From Bryobacterales bacterium (lineage in GTDB: Bacteria > Acidobacteriota > Terriglobia > Bryobacterales > Bryobacteraceae): a stretch of 28,875 nucleotides of DNA. The stretch is from NCBI GenBank assembly GCA_043781815.1, contig JAYWBH010000643.1:1-28875 (forward strand). The letters run 5' to 3'. A program made the translations under genes and the position numbers. Positions 1 through 7,707 of the stretch are shown here, piece by piece. The notes beneath the pieces were generated by a model. That model made no database searches, was not told where the DNA came from, and saw only the letters and a program-made list of their open reading frames with translations. Numbering within the stretch: the stretch's first letter is position 1; every line of letters begins with the position of its first letter.

Positions 1-1
1 C

Positions 2-160
2 CTTTCTGAAAGGGTGAAGGTCAGATTGAACATAGACGCGTTTAATGCGTTCAATGTGCAAGGCAACAACAATCCGAATACATCGGACGGTATCCAGTCT
101 TTGCAGTCGTCTTACTGGACTCCGCGTCAGGTGCAGTTCTCAGCGCGTTTGTCTTTCTAA
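2..160 (+). CDS. 3' end (partial) of a TonB-dependent receptor, Oar/carboxypeptidase-regulatory-like type
   Basis: Frame from nt 2 reads LSERVKVRLNIDAFNAFNVQGNNNPNTSDGIQSLQSSYWTPRQVQFSARLSF*. The FNxFN...PRQxQFxxRLxF ending with terminal Phe is typical of acidobacterial TonB receptor barrels. Confidence 0.85.
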   Translation, partial: LSERVKVRLNIDAFNAFNVQGNNNPNTSDGIQSLQSSYWTPRQVQFSARLSF

Positions 161-184
161 GGGGATAGTCGAAGTCTAAGTGTT

Positions 185-216
185 AAAAAGGTGCGGCATT
201 TTGTCGCACCTTTTTT
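185..216. terminator. Bidirectional intrinsic terminator
   Basis: AAAAAGGTGCG(185-195)-GCATTTTGT-CGCACCTTTTTT(205-216): GC-rich stem with A and T tracts on either side, 25 nt after the receptor stop codon. Confidence 0.85.
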
Positions 217-222
217 ATTTCG

Positions 223-281
223 AATTGGCAACTCCATGAACTCCGTGGGCAGCGGAAGGCACATGGGAGGACTACCATTGA
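223..281 (+). pseudogene. higB: HigB (RelE/ParE-family) toxin remnant, internally deleted and frameshifted
   Basis: 223-258 reads NWQLHELRGQRK. After a 1-nt shift, 258-281 reads GTWEDYH*. This matches HigB 'W.LH.L.G.RKGTW...EDYH*' with the middle and N-terminus missing, and it stops 5 nt before higA. Confidence 0.7.
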
Positions 282-286
282 GGTAA

Positions 287-575
287 ATGAAGATGTACAA
301 TCCACCGCACCCCGGTGAGGTGCTCAGGCAACTGTGCCTTGAACCATTGAACTTGACTGTCACAGCGGCAGCGCGATCCCTAGGTGTAAGCCGGAAGGCT
401 TTGTCTGGCATCGTCAATGGGCGAGTTGGTGTTAGCCCTCTGATGGCGTTTCGTTTCTCAATGGCTTTCGACACAAGCGCCGAAAGCTGGCTTAGCCAGC
501 AAGGTTCAGTTTGACCTTTGGCAAGCGGAAAAGAATCGTAAGAATCTGCATGTAACAAGATTGTCCGCAGCATAA
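287..575 (+). pseudogene. higA: HigA-family addiction-module antitoxin (HTH), frameshifted near the 3' end
   Basis: [11 protein letters not shown]...[14 protein letters not shown]...WLSQQ with an SD-like GAGG at 280-283. Frame 1 stops at 514. Removing one G at 503/504 continues [23 protein letters not shown] (stop 573-575), restoring the Q..DLWQA motif and a 95-aa protein. Confidence 0.85.
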
Positions 576-672
576 TCTTGCCTCTCTCGACCTCCGAAGT
601 TGTAGGAAACTCTGTTTTGTGGCATTAACCTGAATTCCGAAGTTGAGAGTTAAGTAGGACAGGCATCCTTGC

Positions 673-879
673 CAATGCCACTTAGTTTTCCCGCATCCCT
701 GTAGAATCTCCGGCCTTTGTTGGGATAACCTGTGGTTAAAAGACCGCTCCCTTGCGGTCGCGGCTCGGTAACTTACTGATGCTACAGAGCCGTGACCGCG
801 AGGGAGCGGTTTTTCAAAAATCTGATAGGCTTCGCTCCAACACTTGAAGCTGTCCGATTGCGAAAACTAAGTGGCATTG
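673..879. mobile_element. Inner MITE (207 bp), IS4-like ends
   Basis: Perfect 18-bp inverted repeats CAATGCCACTTAGTTTTC (673-690 / 862-879), flanked by the 11-bp direct repeat GGCATCCTTGC (662-672 / 880-890). An alternative register is a 19-bp TIR with a 9-bp DR. The end resembles IS4 (TAATGCC..., 11-13 bp DR). Confidence 0.88.
743..810. repeat. Inverted REP-like doublet (long hairpin) inside the inner MITE
   Basis: ACCGCTCCCTTGCGGTCGCGGCTCGGTA (743-770) pairs with TACAGAGCCGTGACCGCGAGGGAGCGGT (783-810): 28-bp arms with 3 mismatches. Resembles the GAGCCGCGACCG..AGGGAGCGG repeat class I recall from Acidobacteria/Planctomycetes. Confidence 0.75.
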
Positions 880-1064
880 GGCATCCTTGCCTGTTCCTTT
901 TCAGGCCCTCGAAAATATCACACGGCGGCAGCATTCAGATGTAAGGACACACCAGGCCGGGAGGCCTATCCCACTAACTTCGGAATTCAGGATTAAGCCA
1001 TGCACGCATAGTACGGGAATTCCAATGGCCAAGGTTCCCACGCGTTGGTCGACCAATCAATCCG

Positions 1065-3365
1065 TTATCTGCCCAACTGGCGAAGCATTTGAACTGCCGC
1101 CTGACGCACGGAAGGGTCCGCGTCCGCTGCTGCTTTTCGCAAATGCGAAAGTGCTCCTGCTACATCCCCACCAGTTGCTAGAGCCGACCCCAGACTCAAA
1201 TGCGCCCGGCCCAATGCTGGCTGCATTCGCAACGCTTCGCGGTAATGTGAGATTGCAACTTTCGCTTGATCCTTGGCCATTAACAAATCTCCCAAAAGCA
1301 AATGCGCATCAATCATTGCGGGATCTGTTCGCAATGCTGCCTCCAACTCCCGCTGCGCTCCATCGAATTGACGCATCCGCCCCAGCAGCATTGCGTAGTT
1401 GTAGCGAGTGACCGCATCGTCGGGACGCAGCCGCAGCGAAAGGTCGAACTCATTGCGTGCATGCGTAAGCTCGCCGGCCGCAGCAAGAAGATTGGCCAGG
1501 TTTCCGTGTGCGTCAGCGTACTCCGGTTGAATGCGGATAGCCTCACGGAACGCAGCTTCCGCTTCAAGTTGCTTCCCCTGCCCGAACCAGATGATGCCAA
1601 GGTTGTTGTGCACCTCTGACTTATCCGGATCAATCGTGACTGCCTTCTGCAGAGCATTGACGGCATCCTGCTGCTTTCCTTGAGCCCGCAAGGCAAGCCC
1701 CAGTTCATGCCACGTGATTGCGTTATCGGGTGCAATGGCGGTCGCCTTTTGCAGAAATCCAACAGCCTCCGCATGCTTTCCTAACCTTCGTAATGCGGCT
1801 CCAAGTTTTTGCAGTGCGATGTTCGATTTCGGATTGCGCCGGACCGCGTCTTCATAAACCGGCACAGCCTTTGCCAATTGCCCGCTGTTGCGCAAGGCGT
1901 CGGCCAACTCCAAATAATATTCCGCGCGCTGGGGAGTATGTTTTGCAATCGCCGCCGTGAGTTGCTGAATGCCCGCATTCAAATTGCTTTTTTCAACCAC
2001 CTGGGCAACAGCAAGATCCAGATCGTTCTCTGGCGTTTTTGGTAATGCATGAGGATAGTAGGGAACCACTGGGCCACGGTATGCGGTGGCATCGGTCTCG
2101 TGCCGTTCGGCCATCTCTGCCAGTAGATCTCCAGCAGGTTTGCGGCGTTGAATGTAGTGATCGGTCATCGCCACATGCACTACGTCTTCAGTGCGCCGTT
2201 TGGGCATGTGGCACGGTGTGCAACGGGTATCCGATGTATGTTTCGCAGCGGCCACCAGTTGATCCAAAGCGGCACTATGACACTGCCTGCATACTGCGGT
2301 GTAATGTTTTTCAGCCTGCGCGCCGCGAGGAACATCGTGGGGATTGTGGCAAGTGGTGCAAGTCAGTTTTTCTTTGCTTTGGAGGAAACAGGCTGACCGG
2401 CGAAGTCTATAAGCAGAACTCACAATCTCAAATTTGTCGTCATGGCCTTTGTTCGGGGCGTGATCGAAAGCCAACAGAAATGAACTCAATGGTTCACCTG
2501 GTCTATAGGAAAAAGGGCCGCGTCCATAGCGCTGCAGTGCGTTTGGCAGTGGGAAGCTGGTTGTTTCAAGATGGCATTGCATGCATACTTCCATGCTGCG
2601 CTCAGCTCCCAGGCGCGATGGATTCACGATTGCAGTCCTGATTTTATCCGCAGCCACGCCCGCTGTTTTCGCAAGCTGAACATGGTTGCGCCCAGGGCCG
2701 TGGCAGCGCTGGCAATCAATTCCTTCGGGCATTGCAGTGGGATAAACGGGCTCAGCGAAACGTTGCTGATTGACCGCCGGGATCTCTGGATACCCGTTGT
2801 GGCAGAACATGCAATCGTACCCCAATGCGCGGCGGAAGCCATCATGCGCAGGCTGATCGTAACCCGGATTCATGCCCCAGTAACCGCCTTTTTCGGTGTA
2901 CCATGCAAGCGGCATTTCAATCAGCTTATTGGCCGCAGTCCGATTCACGTAAGCGCGAGCATGATTTCCAGAACCTAAAATGTAGTCCACCTGTTTCTCG
3001 ATCACATTCACTTGCTTGCCATCAGCATCCACTTGGTGCCTGCGCTGATACATCTTGCCCTCGCGCTGAATCATCGTGAAATAGCTGTCCGACGGCTTAT
3101 GGTAGAAGGGATTGTTTTTGGAGAAGTCTTCAATCGTTTTAGCGAACGAGGGGCGATAAAAGGAACGAGCCATCCCCGTTTTCTTGTAAGTATCGGCGAC
3201 CTTTTGATGACACTCCGCGCACACATCGGCACTTACATAACCAACATCTTTCAGGGCCGCAGCATCAATTGTTGTGGTTGATTGAGGGGTGCTCTGGGCC
3301 AATAATAAGCAAGCCAAGCCTCCAAGAATGCCCAAAAATATAGTGGTGTGTTTGGGGAGGTACAT
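1065..3365 (-). CDS. Secreted multiheme c-type cytochrome domain plus C-terminal TPR repeats
   Basis: Hydrophobic N-terminus; seven CxxCH motifs (CAECH, CMFCH, CQRCH, CMQCH, CTTCH, CRQCH, CTPCH); about 300 aa of TPR-like repeats (e.g. WHELGLALRAQG, HNNLGIIWFGQG, RYNYAMLLGRMR). The start codon has no clear SD. Confidence 0.9.
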   Translation of the reverse strand: MYLPKHTTIFLGILGGLACLLLAQSTPQSTTTIDAAALKDVGYVSADVCAECHQKVADTYKKTGMARSFYRPSFAKTIEDFSKNNPFYHKPSDSYFTMIQREGKMYQRRHQVDADGKQVNVIEKQVDYILGSGNHARAYVNRTAANKLIEMPLAWYTEKGGYWGMNPGYDQPAHDGFRRALGYDCMFCHNGYPEIPAVNQQRFAEPVYPTAMPEGIDCQRCHGPGRNHVQLAKTAGVAADKIRTAIVNPSRLGAERSMEVCMQCHLETTSFPLPNALQRYGRGPFSYRPGEPLSSFLLAFDHAPNKGHDDKFEIVSSAYRLRRSACFLQSKEKLTCTTCHNPHDVPRGAQAEKHYTAVCRQCHSAALDQLVAAAKHTSDTRCTPCHMPKRRTEDVVHVAMTDHYIQRRKPAGDLLAEMAERHETDATAYRGPVVPYYPHALPKTPENDLDLAVAQVVEKSNLNAGIQQLTAAIAKHTPQRAEYYLELADALRNSGQLAKAVPVYEDAVRRNPKSNIALQKLGAALRRLGKHAEAVGFLQKATAIAPDNAITWHELGLALRAQGKQQDAVNALQKAVTIDPDKSEVHNNLGIIWFGQGKQLEAEAAFREAIRIQPEYADAHGNLANLLAAAGELTHARNEFDLSLRLRPDDAVTRYNYAMLLGRMRQFDGAQRELEAALRTDPAMIDAHLLLGDLLMAKDQAKVAISHYREALRMQPALGRAHLSLGSALATGGDVAGALSHLRKAAADADPSVRQAAVQMLRQLGR

Positions 3366-3371
3366 AGGGCA

Positions 3372-3515
3372 TCATTGTTGAAGGTCGTAGATTCGACCAA
3401 GAAACTCAGGCTCTTCGAGCGCCCCGGCCCAAGGAACGGCAACCGGGATGTATTCAATAATGGCCCCACGAGTGACTTCCCTAATCGTTCTGATGGAAGG
3501 CTTATTGGGGTGCAT
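3372..3515 (-). pseudogene. 47-aa truncated AbiJ N-terminal-domain (AbiJ_NTD3-like) ORF
   Basis: The ATG at 3515 overlaps the hsdR end by 14 nt. Translation: MHPNKPSIRTIREVTRGAIIEYIPVAVPWAGALEEPEFLGRIYDLQQ*. This matches my recalled AbiJ_NTD3 pattern I.E.TR..I......W.G.L.E..FL.R.YDL..MPS. Too short for the ORF track. Confidence 0.65.
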
Positions 3516-6500
3516 AAACACTCTTCCCCTGCCCCAAATACGCCTCATAGAAGTGTTGGTAAACCGTGTCGCACTTCTGCTCGTACAGTTCCTTCGTGAA
3601 CGTCCGTGGAAGCTTATCCAGCACGTCTTCGATCGTCGTCCGCACCATCGCCCTGGTCGTCTGCTGCTTGCGCCAGTCCAGCACCAGTTTTTCCTTCTTC
3701 AGCTTCTCCAATAGCGCTTTTGCCACCTTTTTCACATCCGCGACTTCCTTGCCCGAAAGGGCGATGTCGGGCTTTGTCAGCAAATCAAATACCACCAACT
3801 CCTCTTCGGTCAACTGCTCGGCGATGCCACGCTTCTCTTCCGCATCCAAGCGCTTTGCGAACCCTAGCAGCTTGTCAAAGAAGTCCTGGACATTAATCGC
3901 GCCGCTGTTATATTCGTCAATCATCTTCTGAAACTCTTGCAGGAAGTCGATCCTGGTCCGGTTCAGTTTCACCATCCGTGCCAACTTGAACGTCAATTTC
4001 GCTCTGAGCTTTTGTGCCTCAATGGGCTTGTGGCTTTTTTCGAATTTGTCACGCAGGGCGTCGAAGTCAATCTTGCTCAGATCAATGTATCGATCCGGAT
4101 TCAGCACAGGCGGCATCTCGTAGCCCTTTGCATCCACCGACTCATTCAGCAGGGCTTCAATTTGCGCCATCACTTCGCTGATGTCCACAGGCGGGATCTC
4201 CGACCGAATCTTGTCGGCGATCACCCGGAATACCTTGCACACTGGCGAAAATTCGTTGGCAGCGGTGTCCGGCAGCAGTGACTTAAACAAACTGTCCACG
4301 TATCCCGCACGGCTTAAATAGCCCCGGCGAACGTCGTCGCTAACAGCAAAGGCGGCAACGGCGTCTTCCACCAGCTTCACTCGCTCAAAGCCCCTGGCCT
4401 CTTGAACCTTCGCCGGATTGACATTGCGCTCCATGCAGAAATCAGTGACGCCGGAAATGGTGTCCCGAAGTTGCGCCACCAGTGCTTCTTTCTTGCGAAC
4501 TGGTGAGGCGTCCGATTCCTCTTCACCCCCTTCAGATGAAAGCCCCGTACCGTAGATCGCCAATGCCTTTTCCAGGTTGCGAAAAACGCCAACGTAGTCC
4601 ACAATCAAGCCGTTCTTCTTCTCTCCCCAGACCCGGTTCGCCCGTGCAATGGTCTGCATCAGCGTATGGTTCTTCATCGGCTTATCCAAATAGATGGTTG
4701 AGCATGATGGCACATCGAACCCCGTGATCCACATGGCGCACACGAACGCAATTCGCAGCGGATTATCGGCATTCTTGAAATTCGTTTCCAGATCTTCCTT
4801 CACCATCCGCTTGCGATGCGTGCCGATGTCCAGGCCCTTTTGCTTGAACTCCTCAATCTCGTTCTGTGCCGAAGAAACCACGACGGCCATATCGGTTTCC
4901 TCGAAGTACTTAAGGCGTGCTTCAAGTTCCGGCCTGTCCATAGGATCGATCTTTGAATTGGGAGCAACAAGCTCCTTGCGCAACTTGGCGACGGCGATCT
5001 TCCAGTGCTTCTGCACCTTGTCGAAGGTGCGCACCGCAGTCGCCTTGTCCACCGAAATCACCATCGCCTTGGAAAGACGGCCCATGTAGTGAGCCACAAT
5101 GTCTTCACCAATGCGGTCCAGGCGGTCGTCCCTGGTGATCAGATGGTATTCCCTGGCGAATTCCTTCTCCAGTTTGCGTTCTTGATCGTCGTCCAAGTCC
5201 GCTTGTTCGCAAATGTCGGCGATGTCGGCCGTCAGATTATCGTTGTTCAGTTGCAGTTCAGGAATGCGGTTCTCATAATAGAGCGGCACCGTGTTCTGGT
5301 CGTCCACCGATTCCTTGAAGTTGTAGATGGAAACATAATCGCCAAAAACTTCCTTAGTGCGCTCTTCACCAGCCATCAAAGGCGTTCCCGTAAAACCGAT
5401 GAAGGCAGCGTTCGGCAATGCGCTACGCATATTGCTGGCGAAAATATCGTACTGGCTGCGGTGCGCTTCGTCGGTGATGACGATGATATCGGATCGGGTG
5501 GACAGGACCGGATACTTTTCGCCATGCTCCGTGTGGAACTTCTGGATCAGCGTGAAGACGTAGCGATGGTCTTCCTGATTCAGCATCCGCTTCAAGCTCT
5601 CGCCGCTATCAGCACGGACCTGCTTTTCGTCTTCGAGAACGCATCCCGTAGTCGCGAAGTTGCGGTAAATTTGGCCGTCTAAATCTTCACGATCGGTGAT
5701 GATCACAAAGGTCCAGTTGCCGGGAACCGTTCGCAGCACCTTCTGCGAGAAGAAGACCATCGAATAGCTCTTGCCGGAACCCTGCGTGTGCCAGAAGACG
5801 CCCAGGCGTTTGGCGGCGGCCTTTTCTGACGTGCCACCCTGGTTCTGGCGCAGGCGTTCCACGGCAGTAATGGCATTGTTCACCCCATGAAACTGGTGAT
5901 TCTTGGCCACCAGTTTGGTCAGGTCGCCCTTGCGCTCATCGAACAGCATGAAGTTCTCCACAAAATCCAACAGCTTGCGCTTTTCGCAAGTGCCCCGGAT
6001 CATCGTGTCCAAACTGATCAGGCCGGATTCGTTTTCATCTGAAATTTTCTTCCATTCGGCAAAGTGTTCCATTCCCGCCGTCATGCTGCCGATTCGTGCT
6101 TTCGATCCGTTCGACAGGATCACGAAGGCGTTGTACCAGAACACCTGCGGAATCGTGTCCTTATAGTCGGAAAGGTTTTTCTCGTAGGCCAGTTCCAGCT
6201 TCTTGTGCGAAGCCTTCAGTTCAATGAACACCAGCGGAATGCCATTGACGAAGCCGACCAGATCGGCACGCTTCTTTCCGTAGTCCCCGGAAATCCATAG
6301 TTGCGAAGTCAGAAGGAAGTCGTTGTGGTCCGCTTCGGTCCAGTCGATCAGCTTGACGATCTCGACCGATTCTTCGTCCTCATCTGCCTTCTTGAACGAC
6401 ACCTTCACGCCGTCCTTCAGCATTCGGTAGACGGCCTGATTCGCCCTGGCGGCACTCATGGAGCTGCGATCCTTCGTCACTTCGTCGAAGGCCACTTCGA

Positions 6501-6714
6501 TGGCGTGCGGTGATACGCCTGGATTCAGATGTTCCATGGCGGCATGGAGGCGAGTGGGCAGCACCACCCCGGCCATCGTTTCCCGGCCAAGCAACGACAG
6601 CGGCCCAAAATTTTCGTGATAGCAGTTCAGCGTCTCCCAACCCAATTCGGCGAAGAGGGCGATGGTTGGCTGCTCGACGGCAGCGTCTTCGGAATCGGGA
6701 TTGAAGTAGCTCAT
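3502..6714 (-). CDS. hsdR: Type I restriction endonuclease subunit R (1070 aa)
   Basis: Nuclease motif RADLVGFVNGIPLVFIELK; Walker A HTQGSGKS; DEAHR; helicase motifs GFTGTP, TGFDVP, QTIARANR; DUF3387-like C-terminus. The frame is uninterrupted. Confidence 0.97.
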   Translation of the reverse strand: MSYFNPDSEDAAVEQPTIALFAELGWETLNCYHENFGPLSLLGRETMAGVVLPTRLHAAMEHLNPGVSPHAIEVAFDEVTKDRSSMSAARANQAVYRMLKDGVKVSFKKADEDEESVEIVKLIDWTEADHNDFLLTSQLWISGDYGKKRADLVGFVNGIPLVFIELKASHKKLELAYEKNLSDYKDTIPQVFWYNAFVILSNGSKARIGSMTAGMEHFAEWKKISDENESGLISLDTMIRGTCEKRKLLDFVENFMLFDERKGDLTKLVAKNHQFHGVNNAITAVERLRQNQGGTSEKAAAKRLGVFWHTQGSGKSYSMVFFSQKVLRTVPGNWTFVIITDREDLDGQIYRNFATTGCVLEDEKQVRADSGESLKRMLNQEDHRYVFTLIQKFHTEHGEKYPVLSTRSDIIVITDEAHRSQYDIFASNMRSALPNAAFIGFTGTPLMAGEERTKEVFGDYVSIYNFKESVDDQNTVPLYYENRIPELQLNNDNLTADIADICEQADLDDDQERKLEKEFAREYHLITRDDRLDRIGEDIVAHYMGRLSKAMVISVDKATAVRTFDKVQKHWKIAVAKLRKELVAPNSKIDPMDRPELEARLKYFEETDMAVVVSSAQNEIEEFKQKGLDIGTHRKRMVKEDLETNFKNADNPLRIAFVCAMWITGFDVPSCSTIYLDKPMKNHTLMQTIARANRVWGEKKNGLIVDYVGVFRNLEKALAIYGTGLSSEGGEEESDASPVRKKEALVAQLRDTISGVTDFCMERNVNPAKVQEARGFERVKLVEDAVAAFAVSDDVRRGYLSRAGYVDSLFKSLLPDTAANEFSPVCKVFRVIADKIRSEIPPVDISEVMAQIEALLNESVDAKGYEMPPVLNPDRYIDLSKIDFDALRDKFEKSHKPIEAQKLRAKLTFKLARMVKLNRTRIDFLQEFQKMIDEYNSGAINVQDFFDKLLGFAKRLDAEEKRGIAEQLTEEELVVFDLLTKPDIALSGKEVADVKKVAKALLEKLKKEKLVLDWRKQQTTRAMVRTTIEDVLDKLPRTFTKELYEQKCDTVYQHFYEAYLGQGKSVYAPQ

Positions 6715-7073
6715 TCGTCTTCCATTTGCTCGTCCTTGAACTCGATCGCCTTGATGGATTGGAGTTGCCGCTGAGTCTCATCGATCTCATTGGTGCAGAT
6801 ATCCCAAAGAAGATCTTGGTTCAAAGTGAAATATCCATGCACCAGCCGGTTACGTAAAGCAATCACCAGCCCCCAAGGCACTGTTGGATATTTCGATTTC
6901 AGAGATGGGGCAAGGCGCGACATAGTTTCTCCAAGAATTACGAGGCGCTGATACACGTAAGATTGTTCCAGAGGGCTGGCTAGGAACTGTTCGCGGTTGG
7001 TGCCGACCGTAAACTCACGCAGTTCCCGAAGAGCTTCCAACGCATCATCCAGGTAAGCGGATTCACGCCGCAT
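6711..7073 (-). CDS. hepT: HEPN / DUF86 ribonuclease toxin (HepT-like), 120 aa
   Basis: R-X4-H motif RNRLVH followed by GY; typical MRRE..YL.D start overlapping the MNT stop (TATGCGGCGTGA). Its stop overlaps the hsdR start (ATGA). The start is placed at 7073, not the track's 7082. Confidence 0.9.
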   Translation of the reverse strand: MRRESAYLDDALEALRELREFTVGTNREQFLASPLEQSYVYQRLVILGETMSRLAPSLKSKYPTVPWGLVIALRNRLVHGYFTLNQDLLWDICTNEIDETQRQLQSIKAIEFKDEQMEDE

Positions 7074-7365
7074 ACAAGACACGGGCGTCCCGCAACACAG
7101 CGCTTCGCACTCTCGGCTTTAGGGATTCTTTCGTGCCCATGTCCACTTTGCGTCCGAATAGTTGCGTCAACTCTTCTTCCAAACGGAAGAAATCCCAGCC
7201 GGGGTGAGCGTCGGGTGCGAAGTCCACAAGAATGTCGATGTCAGAATCAGGCCGCATCTCGCAGCGCGCCGCCGAACCAAACAACGATATTTCGCGGACA
7301 TTGTAACGTCGGCAAATTTCGGCAAGTTGGTCCGCTGAGATCTCGATTGCAGGGGATATGGTCAT
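7063..7365 (-). CDS. mntA: Minimal nucleotidyltransferase antitoxin (MntA-like), 100 aa
   Basis: GS-X10-DXD motif (FGSAARCEMRPDSDID) and C-terminal LFGRKVD...A..LYAA*. ATG at 7365 chosen. Confidence 0.9.
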   Translation of the reverse strand: MTISPAIEISADQLAEICRRYNVREISLFGSAARCEMRPDSDIDILVDFAPDAHPGWDFFRLEEELTQLFGRKVDMGTKESLKPRVRSAVLRDARVLYAA

Positions 7366-7378
7366 GGCAGCTACCCGT

Positions 7379-7387
7379 ATTATGCCA
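7379..7387 (-). promoter_or_regulatory. Putative extended -10 promoter for mnt-hepn-hsdR
   Basis: The minus strand reads TGGCATAAT (TG-n-CATAAT), ending 13 nt before the MNT ATG. No SD, so a very short leader is implied. Confidence 0.45.
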
Positions 7388-7433
7388 CGCACACGCAGAG
7401 TCCAAGCATTAGCTAAACGGCATTATGTTACAA

Positions 7434-7454
7434 ATTGGGGTTGAAATAGCTCAT
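7434..7454 (-). repeat. Degenerate direct repeat of the hsdR 5' end
   Basis: ATGAGCTATTTCAACCCCAAT (7454-7434; MSYFNPN, then L*) versus hsdR ATGAGCTACTTCAATCCCGAT (6714-6694; MSYFNPD): 18/21 identical. Confidence 0.8.
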
Positions 7455-7707
7455 GCGTTTAGGGCGATGAACGAAAACCGCGCTGTTTGCGGCGAGTTGG
7501 CTCAGTATTGGTGTGATGAAAAGGTGTAAGATCAGGCTGACCCAGTTTTCTCACTGCAAGTCTAGCGTGGAAGGCGTCCTTACAGTCGCCCGACAATTAC
7601 ACCTCTCCGCCATCTAAGGGCGCCTGTATTTTGTCCAACCGAGGCCCACCTCAGTGAGGAGGACACTGCACGTGAAAGATAGATAATATCAAACCGGAGG
7701 GCGACAT

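Larger units (their letters stand above)
629..991. mobile_element. Outer MITE, IS1380-like ends; 145 bp once the inner element is removed
   Basis: Perfect 16-bp terminal inverted repeats CCTGAATTCCGAAGTT (629-644 / 976-991), flanked by the 5-bp direct repeat ATTAA (624-628 / 992-996). No transposase. CC(T/G) ends with a 4-5 bp AT-rich duplication are IS1380-family traits (recalled, not searched). Confidence 0.8.

Noticed and set aside
593-602. TCCGAAGTTG, identical to part of the outer TIR (636-645)
   Set aside because: Only 10 bp, with no partner end or duplication. It could be debris of an older copy but cannot be supported.
629-991. Repeats considered as a CRISPR array, integron attC sites or a structured ncRNA
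   Set aside because: No regularly spaced direct repeats, cas genes or integrase. The TIR plus target-duplication geometry explains them better.
157-1411. Track ORFs 157..573 (-) and 887..1411 (+)
   Set aside because: Shadows of higA, the MITE and the TPR gene; no motifs, and 887 starts inside a target-site duplication.
3566-6790. Many plus-strand ORFs opposite hsdR (e.g. 5005..5682, 3937..4281)
   Set aside because: Antisense shadows expected from GC-biased codon usage; no recognisable domains or SDs.
7596-7655. Minus-strand frame ending ...RLDKIQAPLDGGEV*, faintly like an HsdS C-terminus (LLPRL.SGEV)
   Set aside because: It needs several indels to fit, and the similarity rests on three residues.
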